DNA of 64,000 nt from Eledone cirrhosa (GCA_964016885.1 CAXHJY010001058.1:23057-87056), one strand, 5' to 3'; positions 25,816 to 40,238 are shown, counted from the stretch's first letter. Translations and numbers: made by a program. The notes: generated from the letters alone by a model not told the origin.

Positions 25816-27197
25816 GAAATTTTGAACTGTTATGTATAACGTTTTATTTAACATACAATTTAGCCTCGCTTTGAAATCAGGGTACCATACTATTATTCAT
25901 AAAATTAATTAGACTGAAGTCTAAGGATCCTACAGGAACTAGGATCCCATGATTTTTTTTTCTGCTGTAGTAGGGTGAAAGATTGAAATGCCAGAAAGGA
26001 CAAAAATGCCTGAAATCCTAATGAGTCGGCCATGATATAATATGCCTCAGTCTGAAATGTAAACAAAGTGGGTAGACAGCATGTTTTTTTATCGGCTATA
26101 AATATCTATAGGCTAATAATTGATTCTTTTTCTTTGTTGAAAGTCTATCAAGGCTTGAAAATATTGATTGATACATTCTTTACCCACGGAGCGAACAATA
26201 AAATGCAGTGGAATTATTTCATCCACATTTTATAGCTAGTCTAAATTGTATATTTATTCAGAAATAAAAGGTTCTGATCATCAGATTAGACCAAGGAAAC
26301 TAGATTTACCTTGGTTTTCGATTGTTTATAGATACTATCTGCTGGATAGTACCCGAGCGAAGGGAACAAGATATAATAAACCAAAATACACCGCCAAGAT
26401 CAGGAACCGAACCCACGAGGTTATGATCCAACAACCGAGCCACTAGGCCACGTGCCTTCACATATACAGACACAGCCAACAAACGCTGTATTGTACATTG
26501 TTAACTAATGGTTACGGTGTTCTGATCACAATCGTAAAGTCGTGAATTCGATTCTTGGCGGTGCATTGCGTCCTTGAGCACAACACTTTATTTCACTTGG
26601 GTTCAGTTAAACTCACCTAGGGAAAAAGATGAGTTGTATCTGTATTTCAAACGGCCAGTCTTGTCAACTTGCCATGCCATGCAGAATCTTTCTGAACCTA
26701 AGCGTATCTGTGGAATACTCAGCCACTGCACGTTAATTTCACAAGCAGGCCCTCCACTGGTCAATCAACAGGGATAATCGTCGTAGCACTGACGGAGATC
26801 CCACACAATTAATTAACGAACGTTGTCTGAGCACTCACTGTTATGCAAATTAGATTGTCCGATTTAGCTCTGTCCGAGGTTGTATATACTATAAATACAT
26901 ATAAGATCTCGTTGTCGAGAGAAAAGGAGTATGCTTACTCCGATGAAGATTTAACAAGAATAGAAACTAGTCAGACTGATGGCTTTCTCTGCCTATGCAG
27001 AGAATAAACAAAACAAATTGTGGTGTAACAATTTTGTTTACTTCTCACAGCGAGGCTAATTTTAACGCTTATCAAAAAGGTGTGCCTTTTATTTCAAACG
27101 TCGTACGTGTGTGTGTCATTATGTGTGCGTGTGTCCGTGTGTGCGTGTACACGTGTGAGTCATGGTTTCAAAATGAGTACGCAACACATGTAATAAA

Positions 27198-27235
<38 letters not shown>

Positions 27236-27334
27236 TTATTATTAGTATAGATCAAGGTTTAAGCAAAGAATTTCTGCTTTCACCCTGTTACGGGATCTGT
27301 TGTATTAATAATAATAAATATTTGCTTTGCGCGT

Positions 27335-28512
<1,178 letters not shown>

Positions 28513-28516
<4 letters not shown>

Positions 28517-28723
28517 ATTGGTAAACGGAATAGAAAATGCTGACAAATTGTTCACAGTTGAAAAATGGTTTAATTAGGAATAAAAGAGTATTAGTGATTG
28601 TATGGGTTAGTATTCAGTTGTGGTTTTAAGTTTTTAAGTTTTTACCGGTTGCGCATTTCTAAATGCTTTTCAAAAATAATTTTGAGATAGAGTGTCCGTG
28701 CTGTTTGCTCTGATCTGTATATA

Positions 28724-28813
<90 letters not shown>

Positions 28814-28980
28814 TGTATATATATATATATAAGTATATATATATATATATACTTATACTCTTCACTATATATATATATATATATACTTATACTCAATCAC
28901 TAATACTCTTTTATTCCTAATTAAACCATTTTTCAACTGTGAACAATTTGTCAGCATTTTCTATTCCGTTTACCAATATA
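28513..28980. mobile_element. HHR-variant mini-element (28513-28715) with an inverted partial copy (28893-28980)
   Basis: Arms are reverse complements. Minus-strand motif TTT-TTGAAAA-GCATTT-AG-AAATGC-GCAA-CCGG-TA-AAA at 28639-28676. Confidence 0.7.
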
Positions 28981-28999
28981 TATATATATATATATATAA

Positions 29000-29038
<39 letters not shown>

Positions 29039-29221
29039 CCTAATCGAGCCCTCTTCGGATTTTGGTCTTCTTAATTATTATTACTATGTGTGTGTGTGTG
29101 TGTGTGTGAAAGGTAAACATAAATAACAAAAATAACAAAAAAAATGGCACAGCACATGGAAGAAATATATTAGTTTAAAGCTTGAAATAATACTAATATT
29201 ATAATATAGTTATAATTATAA

Positions 29222-29412
29222 TAATTGTTTCTACTTTTGGCACAAGGCCAGTAATTACCCAGTGCATTACTGGTACTTTATTTTATCGACCCTGTAAGGA
29301 TGAAAGGCAAAGTTAACCTCGGCGGGATTTGAACTCAGACTGGCAAGGGCCGTAACTCTATGCGTCAAAGCATGGCGTCCGACCCTCTACCGATACTGCC
29401 AATCCACCTCCT
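29222..29412 (-). mobile_element. SINE-A
   Basis: Full consensus match. Confidence 0.88.
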
Positions 29413-29635
29413 TTATAATTATAATAATAATAGGAATAAGTACTGCCATTTAGCTGAAAGCAATGAAGGCCATGCAGAGCTGTTATACATCAATAGTTTA
29501 TATACGAAAATAAAAAATTATTAATGTGTGTGTATATATAGATATTATATATATATATATGCATCTTTAACATAGGTTTATTGGAATTAGATAATAAAAT
29601 GAAGATGTACAAATAAAACCGTCTCTCTTGCTTAT

Positions 29636-29697
<62 letters not shown>

Positions 29698-29701
<4 letters not shown>

Positions 29702-29955
29702 AAAAGAGTTCGGACCTCGCTGTCGAAACGGCCAGAGCTCAGCCGTCGGGGTCCTGACTCTTTTCCTATTACCCACTCTACTACCCAAAGTATCGAGTAC
29801 TCTGGTGCGTTATGGTCCACCTGGTTTCTTACCACACTTTCTTTATCATATATACACACACACACACACAGTCCCACACACATACACATATATATATAGG
29901 AGAAGAGTCAGGACCCCGACGACAGAGCTCAAGCCGTTTCGACGGCTATTTCTAT
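29698..29955. mobile_element. Mini-element family 'GTCGAAACGGC' (also 17940-18020, 31262-31422, 39505-39565, 51298-51438, 59110-59340, 63737-63933)
   Basis: Shared AGCCGTCGAAACGGCTTGAGCTC...GTCGGGGTC...TTCCTATTACCCACTCTACTAC...GAGTACTCTGGTGCGTTATGGTCCA...TTACCACA. Nearly always next to (TA)n and internally inverted. Confidence 0.85.
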
Positions 29956-30279
29956 ATAAACGTACCTGGCGTACGTGAGAGAAGAAGGTGGAGGAGAGTA
30001 TTAGTAGGAGGTGCGGCTCAACAATCCTAATGTTTTGACGTTATATATAACACTATATATATAACACTTCAGCTGTTGTGCTGTATAATGGTGGTGACAT
30101 GCAAACTATTGTTTGTCTTTTAAAACGATGTCTAGATCTCTGTCTCTGACTCTCTAATCTCTCACAGTATAGATCATTATAGAAACAATTATTTCAGCGT
30201 GTCTTCTAGTCTCTCTCGCTCTCTCTCTCTCTCTTTATATATATATAGAGAGATACGCACACACACGCATATATATATT

Positions 30280-30390
30280 TATAATATAGAAATAGCTTCT
30301 GCAGGACTAGAACTGTTTCATTCGAAGGAACTCATCAGCTATGTATTGAGTACCTTACTTACTGTTGTTAACCCCGATTGAACCGGGGAT
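30280..30390 (-). mobile_element. Mini-element family 'GAAACAGTTCTAGTCCTG' with an HHR-like core (also 31870-32060, 51538-51755, 54325-54425, 62730-62955)
   Basis: Reverse complement CTGATGA-GTTC-CTTC-GAAT-GAAA-CAG-TT-CTAGTCCTG. In the 62891-62936 copy, CAGGGCT pairs with AGTCCTG. Confidence 0.7.
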
Positions 30391-30421
30391 ACATACATAT
30401 GTGTGTCTCTCTCTCTCTCTG

Positions 30422-30458
<37 letters not shown>

Positions 30459-30957
30459 CTCTCTCTCTCTCTCTCTGTATATATATATATATATATATAC
30501 ATGAAGGAGGGGGGGTAATATCTATCATCTATCAAGCTGTCTTTCTGTATATTATTGGGATATTTTCCTGTCAATCTATCCAACTATCCATCTAAATATC
30601 AACTTAATTATTTCTCTATCGATCTGTCTTTTCCCTTACTATCCATCTATCCATCTTTCTACCTAGCTTGCTATTTATCTATATATATTTGTTTCGGTTA
30701 GTCTATCGATTCATCTATATACCTACCTATCCAATGTTTTACATATCCTTCTATCAACCAATTCGACTAACCATGTTTCCTATCCATCTGCCTATCTAAC
30801 AGTCTATATAATATATATACTTAGCCTTTTATATATATCTATGTATGTATGTATGTATCAATCTATCTTTCTATATGTCGGTGTGTCTGTTTATCTAAGC
30901 ATGTATATATGTATCTACATGTATGCATTTTGCACACAAACACACGTATATGTATAC

Positions 30958-31004
<47 letters not shown>

Positions 31005-31010
<6 letters not shown>

Positions 31011-31191
31011 TTGCAATTTGTTTTGCAGGGGTTTTTATATGAAATCGTGTGTCGAAACAAATATTGTTATACTTGGGGGGGGGGTCATATTGTTATAATA
31101 TTGTCAGAAATAATAAGAGAACACACTCACTGTTGAGTGTGTTCTGTTATTATTTCTGGCAATATTATAATAACATGACCCTCCCCAAGTA

Positions 31192-31195
<4 letters not shown>
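31005..31195. mobile_element. Fold-back copy of the sequence at the distal end of the 18.7-21.7 kb PLE (also ~40200-40245, 59955-60290)
   Basis: Matches 21590-21705. Arms 31066-31130 and 31134-31194 are reverse complements. Confidence 0.8.
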
Positions 31196-31244
<49 letters not shown>

Positions 31245-31418
31245 CTATATATATATATATAAAACGAAGGAAGTGTGGTAAGGAACCAGATGGACCATAA
31301 TGCACCAGAGTACACAATACTTAAGGTAGTAGAGTGGGGAATAGGAAAATGTTTAACCCCGACGTCCAGAAATAGCCGTCGAAACTGCTTGAGCTCTGCC
31401 ATCGGAGTTAAACATTTT

Positions 31419-31477
<59 letters not shown>

Positions 31478-32247
31478 TGAGAGAGTGAGATAGAGCATGT
31501 ATAAACTGCTTTTTCTTTCGTTTGTAAACAAAAACGCATGTTTGGATGTATATGAGTGAGTATTTATCGATGTTCCTATAAGTACGATATGTATGTATCC
31601 CTATAGGCAAGCACATGAATTGATAGATAGATAGATAGATATGTTTCTTTATTAGCCACAGGGGCACAAAAGAAGGGGACAAATACAAAGGGGGGAGTTT
31701 ACATACAATAAAAACGTGTAAAATGCTATCACAAATGTAATTTAGATAGATAGATAGGTAGGTAGGTAGGTAGGTAGGGAGGTAGGGAGGGAGGTAGGTA
31801 GGTAGGTAGGGAGGTAGGGAGTTAGGTAGATAGGGAGAGTAAAATATTTAGAGAGGTATGTTTATGTATACATATAGAGTATATGATAAGTTATTCCGGG
31901 TTGAATCGGAGGTAACCACAGTAAGTAAGGTACTCAATACATAGCAGAGTATAAAAGTTTTAATATAGAAGAGATTCTACAGGACTAGAACTGTTTCATT
32001 CGTGAGAAATCATCAGGGAGCCCTGATTTCTCACGAATGAAACAGTTCTAGTCCTATAGAGTATATGTGTATATATATAGAGAGAGAGAGAAAGAGAGAG
32101 AGAAAGAGAATGAGAGAGAGGGAGAGAGTGAGAAAGAGAATGAGAGAGAGGGGTACATTGATAGAGAGGTAAATCGGTAAGTAAGTAGGTAGGTAGATAG
32201 ATAGTTAGAGAGAGAAAAAGTGAGAGATAGACACAGAGATAGCTAAA

Positions 32248-32292
<45 letters not shown>

Positions 32293-32717
32293 GAGAGAGA
32301 GAGGGAGAGAGAGATGAATAGATAGACAGATAAGACAGATAAGATAGATAGATATATAGCTTTCTTTATAGCTAGATAAATAGCTAGATAGTTGAAAGTA
32401 ACCTTACCATTGTGATGGTATGTGGAAATAGTAATTGTGTCGCCGCCTCGTTATTCCTCTGTTTCACCTCTTGTGTGCATCAATTCTCCTTCCGTGTGTT
32501 CCTGTGTTTACGTGCCAGCGTCACTATTCACGTGCGTCTGTGTGCGTGTGTATGCGTATGTTTACGTGTGAGCGTGCGTGTGTGTTGGTGTGTAAGTGTG
32601 TGTAAGTATGTGTTGGTGTGTAAGTGTGTGTTGGTGTGTGTGTGTGTGTGTGTGTGTGCAATACAGCACTACCTTCTTAGCTTTCTGCTGCAACATGGAT
32701 GATAGTAGAAGTTACTA

Positions 32718-32740
32718 CTGTTGCTGCTGCTGCTGCTGCT

Positions 32741-32772
<32 letters not shown>

Positions 32773-33170
32773 TGTTGTTCTTGCTGCTGCTGCCGTTGCT
32801 GCTGCCGTTGCTCTCGTTGCTGTTGTTGCTGCGGCTACAGTTGTTAATGTTGTTGCTGCTGCTGTTATTGCTGCTACTGCTGCTCCCGTTGTTGTTCTTA
32901 TTACTGCTGTTGTTGCTGCTTATGTTGCTGCTGCTGCTCCTCCTCCTGTTGTTATTCTTACTGCTGCTGCTGCTGCTGCTGCCGCTGCCGCTGCTGATTC
33001 CGCTGCTATTGCTGCTGCTTGTGTTGCTGCTGTGTTATTGTTGCTGCTGCTCCTGTTGTTATTCTTACTGCTGCTGTTGCTGCTGCTATTGCTGCTGCTT
33101 GTGTTGCTGCTGTGTTATTGTTGCTGCTGCTCCTGTTGTTATTCTTATTGCTGCTGTTGCTGCTGTTGAC
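32718..33170. repeat. (GCT/GTT)n trinucleotide tract
   Basis: Direct reading; contains an internal ~81-bp duplication. Confidence 0.92.
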
Positions 33171-36100
33171 GATGGTGGTTGTGGTGGTGGTAGTGGTGGT
33201 GGTGGTGGTGGTAGCTATGTTGTTGGTGGTAGTTGTGGTGGTTATGTTGGTGTTGGTGGTGGTTGTGCTGGTGGTTGTGGTTATGTTGGTGTTGGTGGTG
33301 GTTGTGGTGGTTGTGGTGGTTGTGATGGTTGTGGTGGTGGTTGTGGTGGTTGTGGTGGTGTTGGTGGTGGTTCTGGTGGTTGTGGTTATGTTGGTGTTGG
33401 TTGTGGTGGTGGTTGTGGTGGTGTTGGTGGTGGTTGTGGTGGTTGTGGTGGTTGTGTTGGTTGTGTTGGTTGTGGTTATGTTGGTGTTGGTTGTGGTGGT
33501 GGTGGTGTTGGTGGTGGTTGTGGTGGTTGTGGTGGTTGTGTTGGTTGTGTTGGTTGTGGTTATGTTGGTGTTGGTTGTGGTGGTGGTGGTGGTGGTGGTG
33601 GTTGTGGTGGTTGTGGTTGTGTTGGTGGTAGTTGTGGTGGTTGTGATGGTTGTGGTGGTTGTGATGGTTGTGGTTATGTTGGTGTTGGTGTTGGTGGTGA
33701 TTGTGGTGGTTGTGGTGGTAGTGGTTATGTTAGTGTTGGTGGTGGTGGTGGTGGTTGTGGTGGTTGTGGTTATGTTGGTGTTGGTGGTGGTAGTGATGGT
33801 TGTGGTGGTTGTGGTGGTTGTGATGGTTGTGGTGGTTGTGGTTATGTTGGTGTTGGTGGTGGTTGTGGTGGTTGTGGTGGTTGTGGTGGTTGTGGTGGTT
33901 GTGTTGGTTGTGGTTATGTTGGTGTTGGTGGTGGTTGTGGTGGTTGTGGTGGTTGTGGTGGTTGTGGTGGTTGTGTTGGTTGTGATTATGTTGGTGTTGG
34001 TGGTGGTTGTGGTGGTTGTGGTGGTTGTGGTGGTTGTGGTGGTTGTGTTGGTGGTGGTGGTGGTGCTTGTGGTGGTTGTGGTTATGTTGGTGTTGGTGGT
34101 GGTTGTGGTGGTTGTGGTGGTTGTGGTGGTTGTGGTTATGTTGGTGTTGGTGGTGGTTGTGATGGTTGTGGTTATGTTGGTGTTGGTTGTGGTGGTGGTG
34201 GTTGTGGTGGTGTTGGTGGTGGTTGTGGTGGTTGTGGTGGTTGTGGTTATGTTGGTGTTGGTGGTGGTGGTAGTGGTGGTTGTGGTGGTTGTGTTGGTTG
34301 TGGTTATGTTGGTGTTGGTGGTGGTTGTGATGGTTGTGGTTATGTTGGTGTTGGTTGTGGTGGTGGTGCTTGTGGTGGTGTTGGTGGTGGTTGTGGTGGT
34401 TGTGGTGGTTGTGGTTATGTTGGTGTTGGTGGTGGTGGTTGTGTTGGTTGTGGTTATGTTGGTGTCGGTTGTAGTGGTGGTGGTTGTGGTGGTTGTGGTG
34501 GTTGTGGTGGTGGTGGTGGTGGTGGTGGTTGTGGTGGTTGTGGTGGTTGTGTTGGTTGTGGTTATGTTGGTGTTGGTTGTGGTTGTGGTGGTTGTGGTGG
34601 TTGTGGTGGTAGTGGTTATGTTGGTGTTGGTGGTGGTTGTGGTGGTTATGATGGTTGTGGTGGTAGTGGTTATGTTGGTGTTGGTGGTGGTTGTGGTGGT
34701 TGTGATGGTTGTGGTGGTGGTTGTGGTGGTTGTGGTGGTTGTGGTGGTTGTGGTGGTTGTGTTGGTTGTGGTTATGTTGGTGTTAGTGGTGGTTGTGGTG
34801 GTTGTGGTGGTTGTGGTGGTTGTGGTGGTTGTGGTTATGTTGGTGTTGGTGGTGTTGGTGGTGGTTGTGGTGGTTGTGGTGGTTGTGGTGGTTGTGGTGG
34901 TTGTGTTGGTTGTGGTTATGTTGGTGTTGGTGGTGGTTGTGGTGGTTGTGGTGGTTGTGGTGGTTGTGGTTATGTTGGTGTTGGTGGTGGTTGTGGTGGT
35001 TGTGGTGGTTGTGGTGGTAGTGGTTATGTTGGTGTTGGTGGTGGTTGTGGTGGTTGTGGTGGTTGTGGTGGTTGTGGTGGTTGTGTTGGTTGTGGTTATG
35101 TTGGTGTTGGTGGTGGTTGTGGTCGTTGTGGTGGTTGTGGTTATGTTGGTGTTGGTGGTGGTTGTGGTGGTTGTGGTTATGTTGGTGTTGGTTGTGGTGG
35201 TGGTGGTTGTGGTTATGTTGGTGTTGGTGGTGGTTGTGGTGGTTGTGGTGGTAGTGGTTATGTTGGTGTTGGTGGTGGTTGTGGTGGTTGTGGTGGTTGT
35301 GGTGGTTGTGGTTATGTTGGTGTTGGTGGTGGTTGTGGTGGTTGTGATGGTTGTGGTGGTTGTGGTTATGTTGGTGTTGGTGGTGGTTGTGGTGGTTGTG
35401 ATGGTTGTGGTGGTGGTTGTGGTGGTTGTGGTGGTTGTGGTGGTTGTGGTGGTTGTGTTGGTTGTGGTTATGTTGGTGTTAGTGGTGGTTGTGGTGGTTG
35501 TGGTGGTTGTGGTGGTTGTGGTGGTTGTGGTGGTTGTGGTTATGTTGGTGTTGGTGGTGGTTGTGGTGGTTGTGGTGGTTGTGGTGGTTGTGTTGGTTGT
35601 GGTTATGTTGGTGTTGGTGGTGGTTGTGGTGGTTGTGGTGGTTGTGGTGGTTGTGGTTATGTTGGTGTTGGTGGTGGTTGTGGTGGTTGTGGTGGTTGTG
35701 GTGGTAGTGGTTATGTTGGTGTTGGTGGTGGTTGTGGTGGTTGTGGTGGTTGTGGTGGTTGTGGTGGTTGTGTTGGTTGTGGTTATGTTGGTGTTGGTGG
35801 TGGTTGTGGTCGTTGTGGTGGTTGTGGTTATGTTGGTGTTGGTGGTGGTTGTGGTGGTTGTGGTTATGTTGGTGTTGGTTGTGGTGGTGGTGGCTGTGGT
35901 TATGTTGGTGTTGGTGGTGGTTGTGGTGGTTGTGGTGGTAGTGGTTATGTTGGTGTTGGTGGTGGTTGTGGTGGTTGTGGTGGTTGTGGTGGTTGTGGTT
36001 ATGTTGGTGTTGGTGGTGGTTGTGGTGGTTGTGATGGTTGTGGTGGTTGTGGTTATGTTGGTGTTGGTGGTGGTTGTGGTGGTTGTGGTGGTTGTGGTTA

Positions 36101-36920
36101 TGTTGGCGTTGGTGGTGGTTGTGGTGGTTGTGGTGGTTGTGGTGGTAGTGGTTATGTTGGTGTTGGTGGTGGTTGTGGTGGTTGTGATGGTTGTGGTGGT
36201 TGTGGTTATGTTGGTGTTGGTGGTGGTTGTGGTGGTTGTGATGGTTGTGGTGGTTGTGGTTATGTTGGTGTTGGTGGTGGTTGTGGTGGTTGTGGTGGTT
36301 GTGGTGGTTGTGGTTGTGTTGGTGGTAGTTGTGGTGGTTGTGATGGTTGTGGTGGTTGTGATGGTTGTGGTGGTTGTGGTTATGTTGGTGTTGGTGTTGG
36401 TGTTGGTGGTGATTGTGGTGGTTGTGATGGTAGTGGTTATGTTGGTGTTGGTGGTGGTGGTGGTGGTTGTGGTAGTAGTGGTTATGTTGGTGGTGGTTGT
36501 GGTGGTTGTGGTGGTTGTGGTTATGTTGGTGTTGGTGGTGGTTGTGGTGGTTGTGGTGGTTGTGGTGGTTGTGGTTATGTTGGTGTTGGTGGTGGTTGTG
36601 GTGGTTGTGGTGGTTGTGGTTATGTTGGTGGTGGTTGTGGTGGTTGAGATGGTTGTGGTGATAGTGGTGGTTGTGGTTATGTTGGTGTTGGTGGTGGTTG
36701 TGGTGGTTGTGGTTATGTTGGTGTTGGTGGTGGTTGTGGTGGTTTTGGTGGTTGTGGTGGTTGTGTTTATGTTGGTGTTGGTGGTGGTTGTGGTAGTTGT
36801 GATGGTTGTGGTGGTTGTGGTTGTGTTGGTGGTGTTTGTGGTGGTGGTGGGTGTGGTGGTGGTAGCTGTGCTGGTTATGGTGGTTGTGCTGGTTATGGTG
36901 GTTGTGGTGGTGGTTGTGGC
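33170..36920. repeat. GGT/TGT minisatellite with recurring GGTTATGTTGGTGTTGGT unit
   Basis: 3.75 kb, almost only G and T on the plus strand; the rare marker GGTCGTTGT recurs at 35121 and 35808. Confidence 0.95.
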
Positions 36921-37219
36921 TACTAGTATATTGAAATTGCTGGTGGTGATTGTCGCGTTAGTCGTGTGGTGAAGTAGCAGATAAAAGCCGTTATTGCAGT
37001 GGTTGTTTAGCCCCAGGTCAACCAGGATCAAACAGAGCTATGATCGAATCCATATTTACCTGCCATGACGATCCCGACGTTTGAGAGGGAGTATGTCTTA
37101 AGCTACATGTGTAGTGTGCTCTCTCCTACATGAAATATAATTGTGATTTAAGGGAATTTTTTAGCTGCTATTTCTAGTCGGTCCAAGCTGGTTCGTCAGC
37201 TTTTGGTTGTTGCAATTGA

Positions 37220-38280
37220 TAGTGATGTTGTGGTAGGGGTGGTAGCGATGACGGAGAATGGGGGAGGGCTAGTAGTGGGGGTGGCGTTGCTGTGGAGGGG
37301 ATGCTGGTGGTAGTGGTAGTGGTGGTAGGTGTGGTGGTGGTGGTGGTGGTGGTGGCAATAGCGATGGTGACAGGGGATGCTGCTGTTGGTGGTATTGGTG
37401 GGGGTAGTGGTGGAGGTGGTGGTGGTGGTGTTGTTGGTGGTGTTGTTGGTGGTGGTGGTGGTGGTTGTGGTGGTGGTGGTAGTGGAGGTGATGGTGGTGG
37501 TGATGGGGATAGTGGTGGTGGTGGTGGTGGTGGTAGTGGTGGTGATAGTATTGGTGGTGTTGGTTGTGATGGTGCTAGTGGAGATTGTACTGGTGGTGAT
37601 GGTGGTGGTGGTGGTAGTGGTGGTGATGGTTGTGATGGTGTTGGTTGTGATGGTGCTAGTGGAGGGTGGTGTTGGTTGAGGTTGTCGTGGTAGTGGTGGT
37701 TGTGGTGGGTGTGATGGTGCTGGTGGAGATTGTACTGGTGGTATTGTTGGTGGTGGTTGGTGGTGGTGGTAGTGGAGGGTGGTGGTGGTGGTGGTGGTTG
37801 AGGTGGTTGTGTCGGTGATGGTAATGGTGCTGGTGGTGATGGCGGTAGTGGTGTTGGTGGTTGTGGTGGTGGTGGTAGTAGTGGTGGTGCTAGTGGATGG
37901 TGGTGGTGGTGGTGGTGGTGGTGGTGGTGGTGGTGGTTGGTGGTGGTGGTAGTAGCGATGGTGGTCGTGGTGCTGGTTGAGGTGGTCATGTCGGTTATGG
38001 TGGTGGTGATGGTGGTGGTGGTAGTGGAGGGTGGTGGTGGTGGTGGTGGTGGTTGGGGTGGTTGTGTCGGTGATGGTAATGGTGCTGGTGGTGATGGCGG
38101 TAGTGGTGTTGGTGGTTGTGGTGGTGGTGGTGGTAGTAGTGGTGGTGCTAGTGGATGGTGGTGGTGGTGGTGGTTGAGGTGGTTGAGGTGGTTGTGTCGG
38201 TGATGGTAGTGGTGGTGGTGGTGGTGGTGGTGGTGCTATTGGAGGGTGGTGTTGGTGGTAAGGTGGCATGGTGGAGAGTG
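37220..38280. repeat. Degenerate (GGT)n tract with an internal ~250-bp duplication
   Basis: GTCGGTGATGGTAATGGTGCTGGTGGTGATGGCGG occurs at ~37811 and ~38066. Confidence 0.9.
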
Positions 38281-38717
38281 GAACTGGTTTCGGCGGCGGC
38301 AATAATAGATGAACGAAAAATCTCCGATGATTTTATTGTTATCTTTATTTTGTTATTTATTTACTTCCTTTGTGCTTAATGGGAAGTTGTGGAATGTACT
38401 AGATTAGACAGACTGACAGACTGACAGACTGGCAGGCTGGTAGAGGATCAGACAGGCAGACAGACTGACTGATATATATATATATATATATAAGTATGAG
38501 AAATGAAATTTCGTTTCATTTTTTCCATATATATACTATCACCACCACTACCACCACCACCACCACCACCACTATCCCCATCACCACCACCATCACCTCC
38601 ACTACCACCACCACCACAACCATATATATATGTAAAAGGTAAACATAAATAACAACACAATCGGTACAGTATATGGAAGGTATATATTAGGTTAACTCTT
38701 GATATAGCAGGAAGAAG

Positions 38718-38757
38718 GTATTAACGTTTCGGACGCTAGTCCTTTATCAGAAGGAAG
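38718..38757 (-). ncRNA. Minimal PLE-type HHR inside a mini-element (38633-38850; relative at 29108-29200)
   Basis: Reverse complement CTGATAA-A-GGAC-TAGC-GTCC-GAAA-CG-TT-AA. G8 is changed to A, so this copy is probably inactive. Confidence 0.65.
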
Positions 38758-38844
38758 AATGAGAAATAAAATAGATTGAGGGGACGGGCGGGATGGAATT
38801 GGAAAAAAATGTCTTTAGATACAAATAACACGTCCATTCATGTT

Positions 38845-38926
<82 letters not shown>

Positions 38927-39079
38927 GGGGGGGGGAGATCGTTAGATAGATAGATAGATAGATAGATTAAACAGGTAAACAGTGATATATTTACGCACAT
39001 ATATATATATATATGCAAAAGTTCTATTTAAATTGATATTTATAACTGATATAAAGCACTCGACAAGTATTTGGAGTAG

Positions 39080-39440
39080 ATATACGATATTAACAAATGG
39101 AAACTATATTTATAAAACCATATTTATTTCATGATACATATTTCAAGGATACCAAATTAAATTATGGTATGCCTTCATCAGACAAAATAAAATATATACC
39201 AGTTTTATAAATAAACATTGACGTACCCTTTCAAAATGCAACCGTTACTTTTGGAAGACATCAGATGTCTTCCAAAAGTAACGGTTGCATTTTGAAAGGG
39301 TACGTCAATGTTTATTTATAAAACTGGTATATATTGTATTTTGTCTGATGAAGGCATACCATAATTTAACTTGGTATCCTTGAAATATGTATAATGAAAT
39401 AAATATGGTTTTATAAATATAGTTTCCATTTGTTAATATC

Positions 39441-39446
<6 letters not shown>
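39080..39446. repeat. Near-perfect palindrome (~183-bp arms, centre ~39263) with an HHR-like motif in each arm
   Basis: Centre GGAAGACATC-A-GATGTCTTCC. At 39345-39391: CTGATGA-AGGCATACCA...TGGTATCCTT-GAAA-TATG-TA; stem I is weak. Confidence 0.85.
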
Positions 39447-39508
<62 letters not shown>

Positions 39509-39564
39509 CAGAAATAGCCGTCGAAACGGCTTGAGCTCTGCCGTAGGGGTCCTGAACCTTTTCC

Positions 39565-39605
<41 letters not shown>

Positions 39606-40238
39606 GGGGGGGTATAAATAGACAGATAGACAGTGATATATATATACATATATATAGTGAGAGAGAGAGGAAGATAAAGAGTGAGAGAAAGAGGGGGGAT
39701 AAAGAAAGAGAGAGAGAGGGGGGTATAAATAGACAGATAGACAGTGATATATATATACATATATATAGTGAGAGAGAGAGGAAGAGAAAGAGGGAGAGAA
39801 AGAGGGGGATAAAGAAAGAGAGACTGGCGGAGAGCAACAGACATGCATTTACGAATTGCATGGATGGACCTTTGTCGGTTTCAGCGATTAGTGCTTCAAT
39901 TGTTTATTCAACGAAACGGCCTGCTCATGACATTAACGTATAAGTGCCTGAGTATTCCACAAGCAAGTGTAAAATAATTCTCAGATGGCGTAGGACAGAA
40001 CAAAGGAGAGACAAAACAAAGAAAAGAATCCCCAGTCACTGAAGAGGTCACAGAATGTGTGACGAAAGAACTTTGACAAAATATAAACAACCGTCCGGTT
40101 GTGGAACCAACGAACCAACCGAAAATTTATAAATTTTTTATACATTTTTTTTTTATTTATAATTTAGTTTATAATAAATTGAAGTGAAAGCAACTGGTGC
40201 GTGTGTTTCTTATTGGCAACATGACCCTTCCAAAGAAT

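Noticed and set aside
33006-37031. 1341-aa poly-Thr 'mucin' and 1317-aa poly-Val ORFs
   Set aside because: Alternative frames of the GGT/TGT minisatellite; no domains, signal peptide or codon variety.
37174-38302. Pro/Thr/His-rich ORFs resembling extensin or formin
   Set aside because: Reverse translation of degenerate (GGT)n with frequent frame switching.
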